From contig JBFKCU010000001.1 of assembly GCA_041620115.1 (NCBI GenBank), forward strand, positions 1 through 44,487: 44,487 bases of DNA. The letters are read 5' to 3'. Source of the stretch: Burkholderiales bacterium. Its GTDB lineage: Bacteria; Pseudomonadota; Gammaproteobacteria; Burkholderiales; SG8-41. Of this stretch, positions 8,933 to 19,168 are shown piece after piece (positions within the stretch are counted from its first letter, which is position 1; every line of letters starts with the position of its first letter). The position numbers were made by a program, and so were the translations under genes. The notes below the pieces were generated by a model. It worked only from the letters and a program-made list of their open reading frames with translations. It did not search any database and was not told the DNA's origin.

Positions 8933-9886
8933 ATGATACCTGGAAATGCCCGGCGCGGTAACGATCCGGTTGTGATTGCCACGCGGGAGTCGCCGCTGGC
9001 CATGTGGCAGGCCTTGCATGTGCAGGCTGAATTGCAGCGATTATATCCGGGCCTCACGGTATCCCTATTGGGCATGACCACTGCGGGCGATCGCAACCTA
9101 GGCAGTTCACTGGCCAAGATCGGCGGCAAGGGGCTGTTCATCAAGGAACTCGAGGACGCACTGGCCGACGGTCGTGCCGACATCGCAGTGCACAGCATGA
9201 AAGACGTGCCGATGCACCTGCCTGACGGCTATGCGCTCGCTGCCGTGCTGGAACGCGCGGATCCGCGCGATGCTTTTGTCTCATCGCGGTACTCCGGACT
9301 CGCTGCACTGCCCGCGGGCGCACGCGTCGGGACCTCCAGCCTGCGGCGTGAATGCCAGTTGCGTGCGCAGGTGCCGCAACTGGTCATCGAGCCGCTGCGG
9401 GGCAACGTCCAGACACGTTTGCGCAAGCTCGACGAGGGCCAGTACAGCGCGATCATCCTCGCTGCGGCGGGTCTGAAGCGCCTGGGCCTGACGGAGCGCA
9501 TCACCGCGCTGTTGACGCCCGAGCAGAGCCTGCCCGCAGTCGGCCAGGGCGCATTGGGCATCGAATGCCGCAGCAACCGCGCCGACCTGTTCGAACTGCT
9601 GGCGCCGCTGGTGCATCGCTCGACGCAGCAGTGCACGGCGGCCGAACGCGCGTTTTCGCGGGCGCTTGCCGGCAGTTGCAACGTGCCGCTCGCCGGATTT
9701 GCGGAAATCAGCGGTGACGAAATGCGTTTGCGCGGACTCGTCGGATCCCCCGACGGCGCACGCGTCGTGCGCGGTGAAGTAACCGGCGCAGCAACAGACG
9801 CCGAGGCGCTGGGCCTGGCGCTGGCCGCCGACCTGAAGCAACGCGGCGCCGGGGAAATCCTCGCTGCACTGGCACAGCAATCATGA
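8933..9886 (+). CDS. hemC: Hydroxymethylbilane synthase (porphobilinogen deaminase)
   Basis: [45 protein letters not shown] and SLRR are the supporting motifs. I chose the start MIPGNARR at 8933; the track ORF starts at 8771. Confidence 0.9.
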   Translation: MIPGNARRGNDPVVIATRESPLAMWQALHVQAELQRLYPGLTVSLLGMTTAGDRNLGSSLAKIGGKGLFIKELEDALADGRADIAVHSMKDVPMHLPDGYALAAVLERADPRDAFVSSRYSGLAALPAGARVGTSSLRRECQLRAQVPQLVIEPLRGNVQTRLRKLDEGQYSAIILAAAGLKRLGLTERITALLTPEQSLPAVGQGALGIECRSNRADLFELLAPLVHRSTQQCTAAERAFSRALAGSCNVPLAGFAEISGDEMRLRGLVGSPDGARVVRGEVTGAATDAEALGLALAADLKQRGAGEILAALAQQS

Positions 9887-10662
9887 CCGCAGCGGCGGGG
9901 CCGCTGGCGGGCCGCGGCATCGTGGTGACACGGCCCGCACACCAGGCGGCGCCGCTCGCCGCGCTGATTCGAGCCGCGGGCGGCAACGCGATCGAGTTCC
10001 CGGTCCTGGAAATCCTCGATACCGCAGACATCCAGCCGCTGATCGATGTGATCGACAGGCTCGATGAGTACAGCCTGGCCATATTCATCAGTCCGAATGC
10101 AGTGATGCGCGCGATGAATCAGATCGTCGCGCGCCGCGCATGGCCGGCCGGCCTGCGCGCCGCAGCCGTGGGCAAGGGTGGAGTCAAGGAACTCAGGCGC
10201 TTCGGCCTGGTCGACGTGATTGCGCCGGCGCGCGCGTATGACAGTGAGGGGTTGCTGGACCTGCCGCAGTTGCAGTCCGTCGCGGGGCAGCGCGTGGCCA
10301 TTTTCCGGGGTGATGGGGGGCGCGAACTGCTGGGTGATACGCTGGTCGCGCGGGGTGCTACGGTGGATTACGTGGAATGTTATCGTCGGGCGCGGCCGCG
10401 CGCGGACGCCGGACCGCTGTTGAAAGCCTGGGCGCGCAATGAGGTGCATGCGGTCAGCATTACCAGCAGCGAGGGGCTGCGCAATCTGTTCGAAATGGTC
10501 GGCAAACTCGGTCAGTCCTGGCTGCGGCGCACCCCGGTACTGGTGCCGCACCCGCGGATCGCCGCGGCTGCCCGGGAGCTTGGTTGCAGCAATGTCATCG
10601 AGACCGAGCCCGGTGACGAAGGCCTGATGACGGCGTTGTTGCAGCACATCGGTTCGACATGA
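9883..10662 (+). CDS. hemD: Uroporphyrinogen-III synthase
   Basis: The start codon overlaps the hemC stop (ATGA). [37 protein letters not shown] is typical of a HemD N-terminus. The position in the hemCDXY order fits. Confidence 0.85.
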   Translation: MTAAAGPLAGRGIVVTRPAHQAAPLAALIRAAGGNAIEFPVLEILDTADIQPLIDVIDRLDEYSLAIFISPNAVMRAMNQIVARRAWPAGLRAAAVGKGGVKELRRFGLVDVIAPARAYDSEGLLDLPQLQSVAGQRVAIFRGDGGRELLGDTLVARGATVDYVECYRRARPRADAGPLLKAWARNEVHAVSITSSEGLRNLFEMVGKLGQSWLRRTPVLVPHPRIAAAARELGCSNVIETEPGDEGLMTALLQHIGST

Positions 10663-10692
10663 CTATGGTGCACACATGCTATCCTTCAAATC

Positions 10693-11802
10693 ATGAGTGA
10701 AGAAACCAAAGAACCGGCCAAACGGGAAGGCACCGACACGGCGGATCCGGCAGGCGCCGCGGCGCCGGCGGGTAAGACTCCGCCAGAGCGCCCGGACGGC
10801 AAGTCCGGCGGGAGCGCGCTGGCGGCGCTGGCATTGATTGTGGCGCTGGGCGCGGCGGGGGCGACCGGCTATCAGTGGTATCAGGATCGAGGCGCCGATG
10901 ACGCGCTGCGCCAGGAGCTGGCGAAGCGTCTGGCGGACATGGAGGCGCAGAATCGCGACGCCGGCGCACGCGCGGCGCAGGTCTCGGCCGCCTTGCGCGA
11001 GGCCGAGGTCAAACTGGGTGTGCTCGAAGCCAAGCTTGCAGAATCGCAGAGTCAGCAGATCGCGCTGGAGGCGCTGCATCAGGACCTTTCGCGCAATCGT
11101 GACGAATGGGCGTTCGTTGATATCGAACAATCGGTACTGCTGGCCAGCCAGCAGCTGCAGATCGCCGCCAACGTGCGCACTGCACTGATCGGCCTGGAGA
11201 ACGCCGAAGCCCGGTTGCAGCGCATGGACCAGCCGCGCTACAGCGCACTGCGGCGGGCGCTGGCGCGCGACATCGAGCGCCTCAAGTCATTGCCGCTGGT
11301 CGATGTTTATGCCACCAGCGCCCGGCTGGATGACGTGATTACGGGCATCGACAAGTTGCCGCTGGCGATGGACGCGCGCGTGCGCGCCGAACCGGCAGCC
11401 GTGCCGGCCGCCGCCGCCGATGTGCCGGCGTGGGAACGCATATTGCGCGAAGCCTGGCGGGAATTGCGGCAATTGGTGCGGGTGCAGTCGGCCGATGTGC
11501 AGGAAGCCGTTCTGCTGCCGCCAGAGCAGAGTTTTTTCCTGCGCGAGAATCTCAAGCTGCACCTGCTGGGTGCGCGCATTTCACTGCTGTCACGCGACGC
11601 CAGGAGTTTTCAACGCGACATGAGCCTGGCACTGGCGGTGCTGGAGCGCCATTTTGACAAGGGTGACAGCGCGGTTGTGGCGACCGCGGCGACGCTGCGC
11701 AAACTGCAGTCGGCGCAGGTGCAGACCGAACTGCCCGACCTGACGGAAACGCTGGAGACGCTGCGCAAGCTGCGCCCGGCGCGTACCAAGGGATCGGCGT
11801 AG
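10693..11802 (+). CDS. hemX: HemX-like membrane protein (often annotated uroporphyrinogen-III C-methyltransferase)
   Basis: It has a charged N-terminus, one TM segment (ALAALALIVALGAAGATGY) and a long coiled-coil-like region. Its position between hemD and hemY fits. Confidence 0.72.
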   Translation: MSEETKEPAKREGTDTADPAGAAAPAGKTPPERPDGKSGGSALAALALIVALGAAGATGYQWYQDRGADDALRQELAKRLADMEAQNRDAGARAAQVSAALREAEVKLGVLEAKLAESQSQQIALEALHQDLSRNRDEWAFVDIEQSVLLASQQLQIAANVRTALIGLENAEARLQRMDQPRYSALRRALARDIERLKSLPLVDVYATSARLDDVITGIDKLPLAMDARVRAEPAAVPAAAADVPAWERILREAWRELRQLVRVQSADVQEAVLLPPEQSFFLRENLKLHLLGARISLLSRDARSFQRDMSLALAVLERHFDKGDSAVVATAATLRKLQSAQVQTELPDLTETLETLRKLRPARTKGSA

Positions 11803-11861
11803 ACGATGTCTTCATCCGTGCAAATGCCGCGACGGCATCATGGTTCTGAGAACGGGTCCCG

Positions 11862-13067
11862 ATGCGCTGGCTGATCTGGCTATTCGTGTTGGGTGCGCTG
11901 GCCACGGGGCTGACCCTGCTGGCCCGCCTGAACACGGGCTACGTACTGCTGGCATTGCCCGGGCAGCGCATCGAATTGTCATTGAATTTCGCGCTGGTGC
12001 TGCTGGCTTTCGGCTTTGTGCTGGCATACCTGCTGGTGCGGGTGCTGGTGACCACGGTTGAATTGCCGGGACGCGTCGCGCGATTCCGCGCGGCGCGCCG
12101 GCGTGAGTCTGCCCACGGTGCGCTGGTGAGCGCATTGCGGGAGTTTTTCGCCGGTCGCTACGCGCGCGCCGAGAAAACGGTGAACCGTGCCGTTGCGCTG
12201 GGGGAGCCGGCGGACCTCGGTGCCGTGGTGGCCGCACATGCCGCTCATGAACTGCGTGCGCCGGAACGGCGTGACCGCTATCTCGACCAGATCGTATTGA
12301 ATCCGAAGAAGCCCGACATTGCGGCGGTGGTCAGCCGCGCGCAGATATTGCTGGACGAGCGGCGGCCAGAGGACGCACTGGCCGCGCTGGCCGTGCTGCC
12401 GAAGAAGCATACGGCCGTGTTGCGCCTTGAATTGCGGGCGCGCCAGCGCATCGGGCAATGGGACCTCGTGCCCGCGCTGATTAATCAGCTGGAAAAGCGC
12501 GGTGTATTCAGTGCCGACCAGGCCGATACCGAGCGCCGTCACGCCTGGCGCGAGCTGCTCCGGCAGCAGACGGATTCGACCGCGCTGACCGAGGCATGGA
12601 AGCGCGTGCCGGACCGCTACCGCAAGGACACCAGCATGACCGCAGTTGCAGCGAAGGCTTATCATGCGCTCGGGGGGTATGCCGAAGCGCAGGCCATCAT
12701 CGAGCGCAGTCTGGATGCCGAGTGGGACAGCGGCCTGGCCGGCCTGTACGGTGAGTGCGGCGCGGCCGATACGCTGCGCCAGATCGAACGCGCCGAGCGC
12801 TGGCTGCGCGATCATCGCGAGGACAGCACGCTGCTGCTGGCGCTAGGCCGCTTGTGCGCGCAACAACAGCTGTGGGGCAAGGCGCAAAGTTACCTGGAGG
12901 CGAGCCTGTCGGTGGAACCCACTTATGCCGTGCACCTGGAACTTGCGCGACTGCACGAGCGGCTCGGGCGCGCTGACGAAGCGCGCACCCATTATCGGGC
13001 CAGCCTCGAACTCGCGCTGGTGCGGATCAAGGCCGCTGACGACCAGCGCGCCAATCCGCCGGCCTGA
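11862..13067 (+). CDS. hemY: HemY-like protein (HemY_N domain plus TPR)
   Basis: Two N-terminal TM segments are present (MRWLIWLFVLGALATGLTLL and LNFALVLLAFGFVLAYLLV). The C-terminus has TPR-like repeats (WGKAQSYLEASLSVEPTYAVHLELARLHERLGRADEA). Confidence 0.8.
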   Translation: MRWLIWLFVLGALATGLTLLARLNTGYVLLALPGQRIELSLNFALVLLAFGFVLAYLLVRVLVTTVELPGRVARFRAARRRESAHGALVSALREFFAGRYARAEKTVNRAVALGEPADLGAVVAAHAAHELRAPERRDRYLDQIVLNPKKPDIAAVVSRAQILLDERRPEDALAALAVLPKKHTAVLRLELRARQRIGQWDLVPALINQLEKRGVFSADQADTERRHAWRELLRQQTDSTALTEAWKRVPDRYRKDTSMTAVAAKAYHALGGYAEAQAIIERSLDAEWDSGLAGLYGECGAADTLRQIERAERWLRDHREDSTLLLALGRLCAQQQLWGKAQSYLEASLSVEPTYAVHLELARLHERLGRADEARTHYRASLELALVRIKAADDQRANPPA

Positions 13068-13076
13068 GACCGAAGC

Positions 13077-14096
13077 TCAGTCCTCGGCGGGAACCGCCGG
13101 CGTGAACGCATCGCTATGGAAGGCGGTTTCAGGCAGGCCGCAGCGCGTGCAGAAATCGAGGCGCGCAGCCGCTATCATCGCCGGAGCCCCGCAGGCGTAC
13201 ACTTCGTATCCGCTCAGGTCAGGCATGTCTTCCATGACGGCCTCGTGTACCAGCCCGCGCCGGCCGCTCCAGCCCTCCTCGGGCGTGGCGTCGGATACGA
13301 CAGGGATGTAATCGATTCCGGACTCGCGCTGCCAAAGCTCCGGCAGTTCATTCAGGTAAAGGTCAGCGGCATGGCGCGCACCGCGATAAAGCGTCATCGG
13401 CCGCCGGATCTTGTTGTGCAGCGCATGCTCGATGATGGCCTTGATCGGGGCGAATCCCGTGCCGCCGGCGACGAGCACCGCCGGTTTGTCACTGTCCTCG
13501 TGCAGGTAGAAACTGCCCAGCGGCCCTTCGAAACGCAGAATGTCTTTCTCCTTCATCCGCGTAAACACGTGGGTGCTGAACGGTCCGCCGTAATTGCGCA
13601 GATGCAATTCGAGCAGATTGTCGTCATGCGGCGGGTTGGCCATGGACAGGCTGCGGCGTGACCCATCCTTGAGCAGGATGTCGATGTACTGGCCGGCAAG
13701 AAACTGCAGACGTTCTGCCGCCGGCAAGCGCAGCCGGATTCGCATCACGTCCGGTGATACGAGCTCCAGCGTCTGCACGCGACACGGCAGGGTTTTTACC
13801 GGGATGTCCTTGACCGCGCCGATCTCGCGGCATTCAATGACGAGGTCAGCGCGCGCGCTGGCCTGACAGAACAGGGCCATGCCCAGATCGCGCTCTGCGG
13901 CGGACAGCGCTGTTTCCTGGGGGTTGCCGTGATCGACTTCGCCTTCAACCACCTTGCCCTTGCAGGAGCCGCAGGCGCCGTTGCGGCAGCCGTAGGGCAG
14001 CATGAAGCCTTCGCGCAGCGCCGCTTCGAGTATGGTTTCGCCCTCGTCGGCGTGAAAAACGTGGCCGCTGGGCTGGATTGTGATTTGCCGGGACAT
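13077..14096 (-). CDS. 2Fe-2S ferredoxin fused to an FNR-type FAD/NAD(P) reductase (CDP-6-deoxy-delta-3,4-glucoseen reductase-like)
   Basis: The true start is MSRQITIQ at 14096; the track ORF extends to 14420. The plant-type ferredoxin motif is CRNGACGSCKGKV ... C. The FAD motif is RSLSMAN and the NAD motif is VLVAGGTGFAPIKAI. Confidence 0.85.
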   Translation of the reverse strand: MSRQITIQPSGHVFHADEGETILEAALREGFMLPYGCRNGACGSCKGKVVEGEVDHGNPQETALSAAERDLGMALFCQASARADLVIECREIGAVKDIPVKTLPCRVQTLELVSPDVMRIRLRLPAAERLQFLAGQYIDILLKDGSRRSLSMANPPHDDNLLELHLRNYGGPFSTHVFTRMKEKDILRFEGPLGSFYLHEDSDKPAVLVAGGTGFAPIKAIIEHALHNKIRRPMTLYRGARHAADLYLNELPELWQRESGIDYIPVVSDATPEEGWSGRRGLVHEAVMEDMPDLSGYEVYACGAPAMIAAARLDFCTRCGLPETAFHSDAFTPAVPAED

Positions 14097-14165
14097 GTCG
14101 AAGGTCGGAAATTCAGGAGCGATGACTGGGCTAGAATACGGCACTACGTGAAACAGCGTGCTTTT

Positions 14166-15068
14166 ATGAAACGACTCTTGATCATCGGTTGCGGCGACGT
14201 GGGACTGCGCGTCGCTTTGCTGCTGCGGCCCCGCTATCGCATTTATGCGCTGACCCGCAGCGCAGGGCAGTTGGCCGCACTGCGACAACATGGCCTGATT
14301 CCGCTGAGCGGCGATCTGGATCAGCCGGACACACTCACAGGTTTGTCCGGCCTCGCGCATGAGGTAATACATCTCGCACCGCCGCCGGCACGCGGCACTA
14401 CCGATACGCGTACCGCGCACCTCATTGCAGCGTTGGGTCGGGGTCGGAGTTTACCACAGCACTTTATCTACATCAGCACGAGTGGTGTGTATGGCGATTG
14501 CCGCGGCGCGCTGATTGATGAGACCAGTCCGCTGCGTCCGCAAACGGATCGGGCGCGCCGGCGCGCCGACGCAGAACACCGTCTGCGGTTATGGGGCGTT
14601 CGCACCGGCGTGCGCGTCAGCATACTGCGGGTGCCCGGAATTTATGCCGCCGACCGGCTGCCCGTTGCACGCATCGAGCGTGGCACGCCGGCACTGCAGG
14701 CCGAGGACGACACTTATGTTAACCATGTGCATGCGGATGACCTTGCGCGTATGGTGATTGCAGCGCTGCATCACGGACAGGCCAACCGCAGCTACAATGC
14801 CAGCGACGACGCACCGCAGAAAATGGGCGACTATTTTGACCTGGTCGCCGATCAGTTCAATCTGCCGCGTCCGCCGCGGCTGACGCGGTGCGATGTGCGC
14901 TCCGCGGTGCCGGAGAATCTGTATTCGTTCATGAACGAATCGCGGCGTCTTGCCAATCACCGGATCAAGCAGGAGTTGCGGGTGCGCTTGCGCTATCCGA
15001 CGGTGCGCGACGGAATTGCGGCCGCGCTGGCGCAGCCGGGAATGCCGGACCTGCCCCATGTCCGCTGA
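14166..15068 (+). CDS. NAD-dependent epimerase/dehydratase-family (SDR) protein
   Basis: The start is MKRLLIIGCGDVG at 14166 (Rossmann GxGxxG). STSGVYGD and YxxxK-type context are also present. The track ORF starts at 13929, inside the divergent gene. Confidence 0.78.
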   Translation: MKRLLIIGCGDVGLRVALLLRPRYRIYALTRSAGQLAALRQHGLIPLSGDLDQPDTLTGLSGLAHEVIHLAPPPARGTTDTRTAHLIAALGRGRSLPQHFIYISTSGVYGDCRGALIDETSPLRPQTDRARRRADAEHRLRLWGVRTGVRVSILRVPGIYAADRLPVARIERGTPALQAEDDTYVNHVHADDLARMVIAALHHGQANRSYNASDDAPQKMGDYFDLVADQFNLPRPPRLTRCDVRSAVPENLYSFMNESRRLANHRIKQELRVRLRYPTVRDGIAAALAQPGMPDLPHVR

Positions 15069-15387
15069 CGATGACCAGGTGCTGCTGGTGCTGTCGACGT
15101 TGCCCGACCAGGCGGGAGCGCAACAGCTGGCGCGCGTTCTGATCGAATCCCGGCTGGCAGCCTGCGTAAATATCCTGGCGCCGTGCCAGTCGGTTTACCG
15201 CTGGCGTGGCTCGGTTGAGGAGGCGGCGGAGGTCCAGGTGCTGATTAAGACGACGGCGAGACGTTATGCCGAGCTCGAATCGGTGGTGCGTGCCCACCAT
15301 CCGTACGAACTTCCGGAGATCGTCGCAGTCCCATTGGCGCGCGGTTTGCCCGAGTACCTCGCGTGGGTTGCCGGCGAAACCGCCTGA
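15058..15387 (+). CDS. cutA: Divalent-cation tolerance protein CutA
   Basis: The protein is about 109 aa: VLLVLSTLPDQAGAQQLARVLIESRLAACVNILAPCQSVYRWRGSVEEAAEVQVLIKT ... HPYELPEIVAVP. It lies directly upstream of dsbD, as in E. coli cutA1-cutA2. Confidence 0.85.
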   Translation: MSADDDQVLLVLSTLPDQAGAQQLARVLIESRLAACVNILAPCQSVYRWRGSVEEAAEVQVLIKTTARRYAELESVVRAHHPYELPEIVAVPLARGLPEYLAWVAGETA

Positions 15388-15412
15388 TCCCGCCCTTACG
15401 GTTGCATTTATC

Positions 15413-17239
15413 ATGACATTACGCTGGCTTGCCCTGATCTGCATGTTCTGCGCCGGCCTGGTTCACGCGGCCGCGCCCGAGTTGCTCGAGCCGGAGAAAG
15501 CCTTTGCGTTCAGTGCGCGCGTGGCTGGCCCCGACAGCGTCGAAGTGCGCTATGTCATTGCCCCCGGTTATTACATGTACCGCGACAAGTTCCGGTTCGT
15601 GCTCGACCCGGCGGCTGCGTCGGGGGGCGACCCGCATTTGCCACGGGGAAAAATCAAGAAGGATGAGTTCTTCGGTGAAACCGAGGTTTTCCGCGACGAG
15701 GTGCGCATTACGCTGCCGCTTCAGCGGGACGAGAAAACCGACCGCATTGTCCTGACTGCGGTATCACAGGGTTGTGCCGATGTCGGCGTGTGTTATGTCC
15801 CTGTTGAACAGAAAGCCGAGTTACGGCTCGCGTCCGCGGCCGGCAACGCCACCGGGGGGTCCGGCACGCAGGACAGTGCGCTGTCGCGCCTGTTCTCAGG
15901 ATCAGGTGTCGGCGCGGGCAGCGCGACCGCCAGAGGCGAGGACGACCGGATCGCCGATTTGTTCCATGGTGACGCCTGGCTGCTGATCATCAGCTTTTTC
16001 GTCTTCGGTTTGCTGCTGTCATTCACGCCCTGCGTCCTGCCGATGGTGCCGATCCTGTCGGGCATCATCGTCGGACACGGACATCAACTGACCCGCATGC
16101 ACGGCTTGTTGCTGTCGGGCGCTTACGTACTGGGCATGGCCATCACTTATGCGCTTGCCGGTGTTGCTGCCGGCATGTCCGGCGCCCTGCTCTCGGCGGC
16201 GTTGCAGAGCCCGTGGGTGCTGGGTACGTTTGCCGCGATTTTCGTCGCCCTGGCGCTGTCAATGTTCGGCTTCTACGAGTTGCAGTTGCCCACATCGCTG
16301 CAGTCGCGGCTGGCCGGGGCGAGCGGGCGGCTGCACGGCGGGCACTACACGGGGGTATTTGCCATGGGCGCCCTCTCGGCCCTGATCGTCGGCCCCTGCG
16401 TCGCGGCGCCGCTGGCCGGTGCGCTGCTCTATATTTCCCAGAGCGGCAACGGCGTGCTGGGCGGCAGCGCGCTGTTTTCAATGGGGCTGGGGATGGGGGT
16501 GCCGCTGCTGGTCGTCGGGGCATCAGCCGGCACGCTGTTGCCCAAGGCCGGTCCATGGATGGAGACGGTCAAGCGCTTTTTCGGCGTCATGCTGCTCGCG
16601 GTGGCGATTTATCTGGTATCGCCGGTTGTTCCGGTGGCCGCGCAGATGTTTGCCTGGGCCGCGTTGCTGATCCTGACCGCCATCCATTTGCGCGCGCTGG
16701 ATCCGTTGCCGCCGGCCAGCCGCAGCCTGTCACGTTTCGGCAAGGGTGTAGGCGTAATCGCGCTGGTTGCCGGCGTTGCCTTTCTGATCGGCGCGCTTTC
16801 CGGCGGTCGCGACGTGCTGCAACCCCTGTCCGGTCTGCGCGGCGGGGCGACGGCGACGGGCGGGACCGGGCCGGGGATCGCATTCCAGCGGGTATCCACG
16901 CCGGCGGAGCTTGAGGCGGCCATAGGCGCCGCGGCAGGCAAGACGGTGATGCTCGACTTCTATGCCGACTGGTGCGTGAGTTGCAAGGAGATGGAGCGCT
17001 ATACGTTTTCGGACCCCGGGGTGCAGGCGCGGCTCGCCCGCATGGTAAAAATCCAGGCCGACGTCACCGCAGGCACGGCGGATCATCGCGCGCTGTTGCA
17101 GCAGTTCAGGTTGTTTGGTCCGCCCGGCATCGTGTTCTTCGATGCGGCAGGCCGCGAGATCCAGGGGCTGCGCGTCATCGGTTTCCAGCCCGCGGCGAGG
17201 TTTGTCACGGTTCTCGATCAGGCACTGGGCACACAGTGA
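15413..17239 (+). CDS. dsbD: Thiol:disulfide interchange protein DsbD
   Basis: The start is MTLRWLALICMFCAGLVHA (signal peptide) at 15413. The N-terminal domain has YYMYRDKF. The TM cysteines are in SFTPCVLPMVPIL and GPCVAAPLAG. The C-terminal thioredoxin domain has YADWCVSCKEME. Confidence 0.9.
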   Translation: MTLRWLALICMFCAGLVHAAAPELLEPEKAFAFSARVAGPDSVEVRYVIAPGYYMYRDKFRFVLDPAAASGGDPHLPRGKIKKDEFFGETEVFRDEVRITLPLQRDEKTDRIVLTAVSQGCADVGVCYVPVEQKAELRLASAAGNATGGSGTQDSALSRLFSGSGVGAGSATARGEDDRIADLFHGDAWLLIISFFVFGLLLSFTPCVLPMVPILSGIIVGHGHQLTRMHGLLLSGAYVLGMAITYALAGVAAGMSGALLSAALQSPWVLGTFAAIFVALALSMFGFYELQLPTSLQSRLAGASGRLHGGHYTGVFAMGALSALIVGPCVAAPLAGALLYISQSGNGVLGGSALFSMGLGMGVPLLVVGASAGTLLPKAGPWMETVKRFFGVMLLAVAIYLVSPVVPVAAQMFAWAALLILTAIHLRALDPLPPASRSLSRFGKGVGVIALVAGVAFLIGALSGGRDVLQPLSGLRGGATATGGTGPGIAFQRVSTPAELEAAIGAAAGKTVMLDFYADWCVSCKEMERYTFSDPGVQARLARMVKIQADVTAGTADHRALLQQFRLFGPPGIVFFDAAGREIQGLRVIGFQPAARFVTVLDQALGTQ

Positions 17240-17772
17240 GCCCTGTCCGACGGGCGTTGTTGTTCGCGACCGCGGGCGGCCTTGCGGCGGCGGCCGGCTA
17301 CGTTGCCAACCTTTGGCGCGTGGGCGGCCTCGGGTCTGCGCCGGCAGACCATGCCGCTGATGCAATTCTGCGCAGCCGGCTGAGGTCTGTGGACGGGGTG
17401 CAGCAGTCGCTGGACCCGTACCGCGGCAAGGTTCTGGTCATCAACTATTGGGCGACTTGGTGCGCGCCATGCCGCGAAGAGATACCGCTGTTCGTCAGGC
17501 TGCAACGTGAATATGCAGGTAAAAACGTACAGTTTATCGGCATCGCCGTCGATCAGGCCGATAAAGTCCGGGACTTCGCCAGGGAGTTCCAGGTCAATTA
17601 TCCGCTGTTGATTGCCGGAATGGAGGCGATGGAACTGTCACGTAAGGCGGGTAACAAGGCGGGGGTGTTGCCTTACACGCTGGTGTTGGACCGTGGCGGG
17701 CGCATCGCTGTCAGCCTGGTGGGCGGGATTTCCGAGGACCGCATGCGTGCCGCGTTGGCCCCGCTGGTGTAA
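17236..17772 (+). CDS. TlpA/ResA-like periplasmic thiol:disulfide oxidoreductase
   Basis: A GTG start at 17236 overlaps the dsbD stop (GTGA) and is in frame with track ORF 16972..17772. An N-terminal anchor (ALLFATAGGLAAAAGYV) is followed by VLVINYWATWCAPCREEIP. Confidence 0.78.
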   Translation: MSPVRRALLFATAGGLAAAAGYVANLWRVGGLGSAPADHAADAILRSRLRSVDGVQQSLDPYRGKVLVINYWATWCAPCREEIPLFVRLQREYAGKNVQFIGIAVDQADKVRDFAREFQVNYPLLIAGMEAMELSRKAGNKAGVLPYTLVLDRGGRIAVSLVGGISEDRMRAALAPLV

Positions 17773-18160
17773 TCAGGGCTGGTTTTGGCCGGAAATCAAT
17801 CGACGGCAAGCGCCAAGTTCGAAAAAATTCTGTATATAGGCCGCTAAAATCACCTAAATTCGGCCAATTAATCTTATTTTCTGAAAGTTTGCTGAAGGTC
17901 GCTTTGCGCCCGCGCCTTGCCGGCGCGCTGCCTTACGGGAAATGCGGCACGAATGCCGGCGGGGAAGAAAATGGTAAGGCGGCCGAAGTACAAATTCCAT
18001 TAATTGCCATAGATTTATAGACATCTGTCTTTAAAATAAGGCAAAATCGGCGAACTCTCAAAACATGTGGCGCGCGTGGTGGGCGCAGGATTTTGCAGCG
18101 GGCGTGAAGCTGCTTCGATTCCACGACGACAGAGCGACGACAATTATAAACGGGAAATCC

Positions 18161-18613
18161 ATGGCCAGTCCGGAACACTTGCTGCTGCTGAACGGACCGA
18201 ACCTGAATCTGCTGGGAACACGGGAGCCGGAAATTTACGGCGCCACGACGCTGGCGGACATCGAAAGCCGGCTGCAGGAGAGGGTCCGCGCAGCAGGGGT
18301 CAAGCTGGCAACCTTTCAAAGTAATGCCGAAGCGGAACTGGTTGACCGGGTGCAGCAGGCCGGGCGGGACGGTGTTGATTTCATCCTGATCAACCCCGCC
18401 GCATTTACGCATACCAGCGTGGCGTTGCGCGATGCCCTCGCGGCGGTGGCAATCCCATTTGTGGAAATTCATCTGTCGAACGTGTTCGCGCGGGAGTCGT
18501 TCCGGCACAAGTCCTATTTCTCCGATATTGCGGTCGGCATCATCAGCGGCCTAGGGCCGCTGGGTTATGAACTGGCGCTGGATTTTGCGCTGCGTTACAC
18601 CAACAGGGGTTGA
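18161..18613 (+). CDS. aroQ: Type II 3-dehydroquinate dehydratase
   Basis: The supporting sequence is [21 protein letters not shown] ... [13 protein letters not shown] ... [19 protein letters not shown] ... [16 protein letters not shown]. The start is MASPEH at 18161. Confidence 0.92.
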   Translation: MASPEHLLLLNGPNLNLLGTREPEIYGATTLADIESRLQERVRAAGVKLATFQSNAEAELVDRVQQAGRDGVDFILINPAAFTHTSVALRDALAAVAIPFVEIHLSNVFARESFRHKSYFSDIAVGIISGLGPLGYELALDFALRYTNRG

Positions 18614-18616
18614 CTC

Positions 18617-19075
18617 ATGGATTTGCGAAAACTGAAGACTTTGATTGATCTGGTGCAGCAGTCCGGTATCGCCGAGCTCGAGATCACCGAGGGCGAGGAG
18701 AAAGTGCGCATCAGCCGTTTCGGCGCGCCCGGCGCGCAGTCCCCGGCACCCCAGCAGGTGGTGATCCCGGCCGCCGCGGTGGCGGCCGAATCCGCAGACG
18801 CGGCCGCGGCGGCGGACGCGGCTCCTGCCGCCGAGCCCGAAGGTCACGCGCTGAAGTCGCCGATGGTGGGCACGTTCTACCGAGCCTCCGGGCCGGGGGC
18901 GAAACCGTTTGTGGAAATCGGACAAACCGTGAAGAGCGGCGAAACCGTATGCATCATCGAGGCCATGAAACTGCTGAACGAGATCGAAGCCGATCGTGAC
19001 GGCGTGATCAAATCCATACTGGTCGAGAACGGACAGCCGGTGGAGTACGGACAGCCGCTGTTTGTCATCGGTTGA
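18617..19075 (+). CDS. accB: Biotin carboxyl carrier protein of acetyl-CoA carboxylase
   Basis: An Ala/Pro linker is followed by SPMVGTFY ... [16 protein letters not shown], the biotinyl-lysine motif. Confidence 0.92.
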   Translation: MDLRKLKTLIDLVQQSGIAELEITEGEEKVRISRFGAPGAQSPAPQQVVIPAAAVAAESADAAAAADAAPAAEPEGHALKSPMVGTFYRASGPGAKPFVEIGQTVKSGETVCIIEAMKLLNEIEADRDGVIKSILVENGQPVEYGQPLFVIG

Positions 19076-19168
19076 ACTTTTTGCAACGCCTGTTGCGGAT
19101 CAAACCGGAACTGCCGCGGTCTGCGGCACCTCCGGAATTCCGCGCGGTGCAGGGGATGTGCTGATCTC

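Noticed and set aside
13064-13080. The stop codons of the convergent hemY and reductase genes lie in the two arms of a CTGAG-N7-CTCAG inverted repeat, only 9 bp apart.
   Set aside because: A 5-bp stem with a 7-nt loop and no U-tract is too weak to call a terminator. It is most likely coincidental.
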